Assembly (NCBI GenBank): GCA_963796685.1 | Contig: CAWCMR010000001.1 | Coordinates: forward strand, 32,001 to 96,000 | DNA from: an uncultured delta proteobacterium | Lineage (GTDB): Bacteria > Myxococcota_A > Polyangia > Fen-1088 | DNA length: 64,000 bases | Reading direction: 5' to 3' | Shown: positions 60,365 through 64,000 of the stretch, in pieces | Layout of the letters: the number at the start of each line of letters is the position of its first letter | How positions within the stretch are numbered: the first letter of the stretch is position 1 | The notes under the pieces: generated by a model | Told to the model about the DNA's origin: nothing | What the model saw: the letters and a program-made list of their open reading frames with translations, nothing else | Database searches by the model: none | Position numbers and translations under genes: made by a program

Positions 60365-62458
60365 TTACGGGATGTTCTCGTAGGTACCGACGGTGCTGCC
60401 GCTGGCATCCGTGCAGGTGATCTGGCTGCCCGGAGTGCTATCGCACACTCCACTGCAGGCGATGGGCGCCGCCATGCTACACACCGCGATGACCGTGCCA
60501 TTCGTGCGATAAGCCGTGAACTTCCAGTTCTTCTGGCCAACGGTGCCCACGCGGTCCATCACCATGAAGCCAAACCCGTTCGAGAAGGCAAACGTGTTGA
60601 CCATGGTATTCGCGGCCGGCAAGTCGGAGTTGGGGTCGAACACGGCAGGCAGCGCGGCATCCAGGTTGTCGCCGCTATTGCCGGCAACGAAAGTCGCTGG
60701 GTGGTTGCTGGAGAAGTTCAAGGCCTGGAAGTCGTGCACGTGGCCATGGAGGGCGATGGCGATGTTGGGCGGGTAGTAGTTGCCGGGGTAAGCCGCGTTC
60801 ATGACGGACTGCAGACCGGGGTTGCCCACCGTTGGCGGACTGCCCGCGGAGTAGCCAAGGACCGGGTGGTGGACGGCGAACAGGTTCAACATGTTCGGGG
60901 TCGCCAAGCTGGCCGCCTCGGCGAGCTCGGTCGTGTAGGGCATGAAGGCCGGAGGCGAGTAGACGCTCTTCGAGGTGTTCGACGAGTCGAATACGATGAA
61001 CTGCGTGTCGCCGAACGCGACGGCCCACGGATCGTTGTAGTTTCCCACGTTATCGTTGGCCGGAACGTCGCAGGTCTTGACGTCGGTGCTGTCGAACGGG
61101 TTCGGATCGAGATAGCGATACCAGCCCTGCCCGGCGCGGTTGCAGACCTCGTGGTTGCCGCGGACCATGACCCACGGGGCAGCCGCGAGCAGGGGCGCCG
61201 CCGGCGTGAAGAAGTCCGCCGCCCAGGCGTCAGAACCGTAGCCCCAGGGCTGTCCAGCGCAGGCTGTGTTGCCTGGAGGGCAGGGATTATCGCGATACTC
61301 ATAGTCGCCCACGTGCAGGACGAGATCCGGCTGCATGGCCGCGGCCGCCGACGAGATGACGGAGAAGGGCCACTGCGTGGGATCGGCGCAGGCCTGGTAG
61401 ACGTTTCCGATCGAGATTCGGCACCCGGTGTCACCCAGGATCACGACGCGGTTGACGACCGGCTTAGGCAGCGGCAGCTTGATGCCGGTCACAGTGGCCA
61501 TAGTCGCCCCCGCGGGGAGAAGGAATTCGCAGGTCGTCGTCGTGAAGATGGAGGGCTTGGAGTTGCCCGACGTTGTCGCCGCGGCGAGCGTCGTATCTGT
61601 GCTCGTGGTGCGGATCGGAAGGCTGGCCGGCAGCGCACGGACCGTCATGGCGCTCGCGACCCCGTCGACGGTGATCGAGGGGCACACGGTGTACGGCGTG
61701 ATGAGCCGTGCGATGGCCCGGCTGTTGGCGCCGATTTCGACCCACGCCTGTGCGCCGACAGCCGAGTCCGCAGGGCAAGTCAGCAGGAGGTTGAAGGTGT
61801 CGGTGCAACCCGGATCCCCGTCGCTGACTGTGAGGGTGAGCGAGGCATTTCCCGGCCCGCTGCATGCGAAGATCGGGTTCGCGACCGTCGTGCTGCTGAG
61901 CGTTCCGCCGCTGGCGGTCCACAGATAGGAGATCGGCCCCGGACCGCTGTCGGGGTCGGTGGCCGTGCTGAAGAGCGCGATGGTGTTGCCCACGGGCGCA
62001 TTCGCGCTGATGCTGGCGACGCTCGCGCAAACGTTGATTTGCCCGCTCACCGAGATGCTTCCGGTGTTGTGCGCTTGTTTGCAGTCGAGATGCACCGCGA
62101 CGGCAGTCGTCATCGACGCCGCCACGGCAAAGGGCGCCGAGGTCCCCGTGCAGGTCGTGGTTCCATCGGTGGACGTTCCCGTGAGCGTCAGGGTGTAGGG
62201 CGAGCCCGCCGCGATGTTGCCGATCACCACGCTGATGGTCGCGGAGTGCGAGACATCCACGGTGCCCGAGTAGGAATGCGGGCCAGTGGTCGAATAGGCC
62301 ACGGTATTCAAGAAGACGCCCGGCCCAGCTTGAAGCTGAAGCTCTACGCGGCCGAGGGCACCGCTGCCATTGTCGCCACTGCTCGGTCCCCCGCTGTTGC
62401 AGGCTGCGACACTGGCGCACACGAAAACGAAGAGCAGACTTGCGTTGAGCTTGATCAC
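60365..62458 (-). CDS. Lipoprotein metallophosphoesterase (calcineurin-like) with Ig/PKD-like N-domains
   Basis: GDTG, HVGDY, RGNHE, HHP, HGHVH; lipobox VAA|C; GTG start at 62458 after GGAGG. Confidence 0.88.
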   Translation of the reverse strand: MIKLNASLLFVFVCASVAACNSGGPSSGDNGSGALGRVELQLQAGPGVFLNTVAYSTTGPHSYSGTVDVSHSATISVVIGNIAAGSPYTLTLTGTSTDGTTTCTGTSAPFAVAASMTTAVAVHLDCKQAHNTGSISVSGQINVCASVASISANAPVGNTIALFSTATDPDSGPGPISYLWTASGGTLSSTTVANPIFACSGPGNASLTLTVSDGDPGCTDTFNLLLTCPADSAVGAQAWVEIGANSRAIARLITPYTVCPSITVDGVASAMTVRALPASLPIRTTSTDTTLAAATTSGNSKPSIFTTTTCEFLLPAGATMATVTGIKLPLPKPVVNRVVILGDTGCRISIGNVYQACADPTQWPFSVISSAAAAMQPDLVLHVGDYEYRDNPCPPGNTACAGQPWGYGSDAWAADFFTPAAPLLAAAPWVMVRGNHEVCNRAGQGWYRYLDPNPFDSTDVKTCDVPANDNVGNYNDPWAVAFGDTQFIVFDSSNTSKSVYSPPAFMPYTTELAEAASLATPNMLNLFAVHHPVLGYSAGSPPTVGNPGLQSVMNAAYPGNYYPPNIAIALHGHVHDFQALNFSSNHPATFVAGNSGDNLDAALPAVFDPNSDLPAANTMVNTFAFSNGFGFMVMDRVGTVGQKNWKFTAYRTNGTVIAVCSMAAPIACSGVCDSTPGSQITCTDASGSTVGTYENIP

Positions 62459-63070
62459 GCTGGGCCTCCGATGGGGAATGGAATCCGAGTCGACGGTTTC
62501 GGTTCTTCGATTCCGCGCCTCGTGAAAGGGTTTGCAACAAAAGTGTTTCAGTCCGTGCCTCAGAGTACTTGCCCAATGCACAAGCCTGCGCTTGCGTGGA
62601 CAAGGATTCGGGCAAACAGCCGGCCGCAAAGTGCAAGCGGGCCTGCGGCGGCTGCCGCAACGAGACGGCTCATCGGCTACGCCTGTGCAAGAAGATCGGC
62701 GAAGCTCCTCACGCTTGAACAATCAAGGAGTCGGAAAGCAGCCCGCATACCCTCGTCCACACCCTGGATCTGTGCGCCCCGCACGTGCTCACCGGGTCGT
62801 GAGGCGGCGATCTGACTTGTCCAGCGCTCGTCGATCAGGCGCCATACGCGCGCGAACGGCATGCAAGCACGGGGCGTCAAGCGTGCGGTCTTCGGGCCTG
62901 CCAGCTGATGCCTTCCATCCATTGATGACATGCGGGCAGCTCCTTGGCCCGACCGCAGGATCGATTGAAGAGAGCCATGAATGATTCGACGGAACCAGGA
63001 ATCGGCAACCGCTTCGGAAAGATGTCCCGACCGGGGGCAACGTGCGTCCGCTACGCAGCCCGATAAGCCA

Positions 63071-64000
63071 TCAGGCCGCCGCAGACCACTGGCGCCGCGC
63101 GTGCTCCAGGAGCAACCCTTCGCGGAGCGCGGCCCGACAGACGCGCGCTCGAGGACGTCGACGACGTCGAGCACCGAGGCCAGAATGACGGCTCCATGGA
63201 TGATTTGATCCGCGCGGTCGGGGTTCAAGCCAGGAACACGGCGGCGCGCCGCCAGCGGCAGCGCGGCCAGCTGCTCGATAAGCAGGTGCAGCGTGTCTCG
63301 GCTCAGGTAATGGGAGCTTTCGCCCGACGCCGGCACCAGGCGCAGCGCGCGGGCCACGGAGCGCAGAGCTCGTGCGGTTCCCGCGCAAAGCACGACCTCG
63401 CCGAGGTCGCGCCTTTGCAGCGGGCGCAGCAGCGCGGCCACGCGACTGAACGCCCAGCGCTTGAGGGCGCGCAGGTCAAGTGGCGAAGGGGGATCCGACG
63501 ACGGCTGCTCCGCCATCGCGCGCAGCACGCCGATGGGCGCCGAGGCGGTGTGAAGGATTCGACTCCCATCGCCCACCACGACCTCGAGCGATCCGCCGCC
63601 GAGATCGAAGAGCGTGGCACGACCAAGACTGCCGTCCAGCTGTGCGCGTGCGCCCACATAGGCGAGACGCGCCTCCTCGTCGCCCGAGATGACCTGGACG
63701 TCGATACCGAAGCGCGCACGAACCTTGGCCACGAACGCCTGCCCATTGCGTGCCTCGCGGACGGCGCTGGTCGCCACCGCGAGCACGGCCTGCGGTTCGT
63801 TCCGCTCAATGACCGGGACCAGCTCACCCACGGCGTGCAGAGCGCTTTCGAGCGTCGCGCCCGAGAAACCGCCGGTTCGAAAGATGGCCTCGCCAATCCT
63901 GGGCATGCGCTTGGCGCGCTCGATGACCGCCAAGCTCTCGCCACGCTCGACGTCCGCAATCAGCGCATGGAAGGAGTTGGAACCGAGATCAAGGGCCGCA
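63071..64000 (-). CDS. ppx: Ppx/GppA family phosphatase (5' end outside window; frameshift near 63145)
   Basis: ALDLGSNSF, ATSAVREARN, ISGDEEA, DLGGGSLE; the ALREG motif lies in another frame that ends at 63071. Confidence 0.85.

Noticed and set aside
62610-62657. GGGCAAAC...GGCCGCAAAG...GGCTGCCG resembling a c-di-GMP-I (GEMM) riboswitch
   Set aside because: No room for the GNRA-capped stem between the two motifs, and it points away from the phosphoesterase gene; an Infernal RF01051 search would settle it.
39554-64000. attR duplicate of the tRNA-Asp 3' end
   Set aside because: Not found by eye in the window, so the island's right boundary cannot be placed.

Overview
GC-rich bacterial chromosome segment, most likely Myxococcota (inferred from the delta-type T2SS, a Myxococcus-like LexA box and a PEGA-type Ser/Thr kinase). 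Positions 1-39.6 kb look like core genome. They hold a three-gene minor-pilin unit (fimT/fimU, pilV, pilW) that converges on a gspC-N type II secretion operon, and both units have sigma54-type promoters with an NtrC-family activator gene next door. These are followed by lexA, a VUT/YhhQ transporter, a giant TPR protein, PpiD, a HAD hydrolase, a kinase, tRNA-Thr(CGT), DUF167, leuS, an L,D-transpeptidase and tRNA-Asp(GTC). After tRNA-Asp the sequence becomes an accessory mosaic with four parts. (i) An IS-like integrase remnant whose two ends bracket a class-III aminotransferase, probably fused to a GNAT-like domain. (ii) A translationally coupled operon of a large unannotated protein with carboxylate-amine ligase-like motifs, a phosphatidylserine decarboxylase and a divergent Lgt paralog; this is the best candidate for an undescribed lipid or peptide modification system. 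(iii) A PilZ-PilZ-GNAT-like protein, a V4R-like/GAF/HD-GYP protein and a SAM methyltransferase, followed by EAL-CBS-GGDEF and MCP genes; blocks ii and iii lie between degenerate direct repeats. (iv) A ppx, metallophosphoesterase, di-heme peroxidase, HupE/UreJ cluster. At least five genes carry single frameshifts that are probably assembly indels. All calls come from reading motifs by eye; no searches were run.
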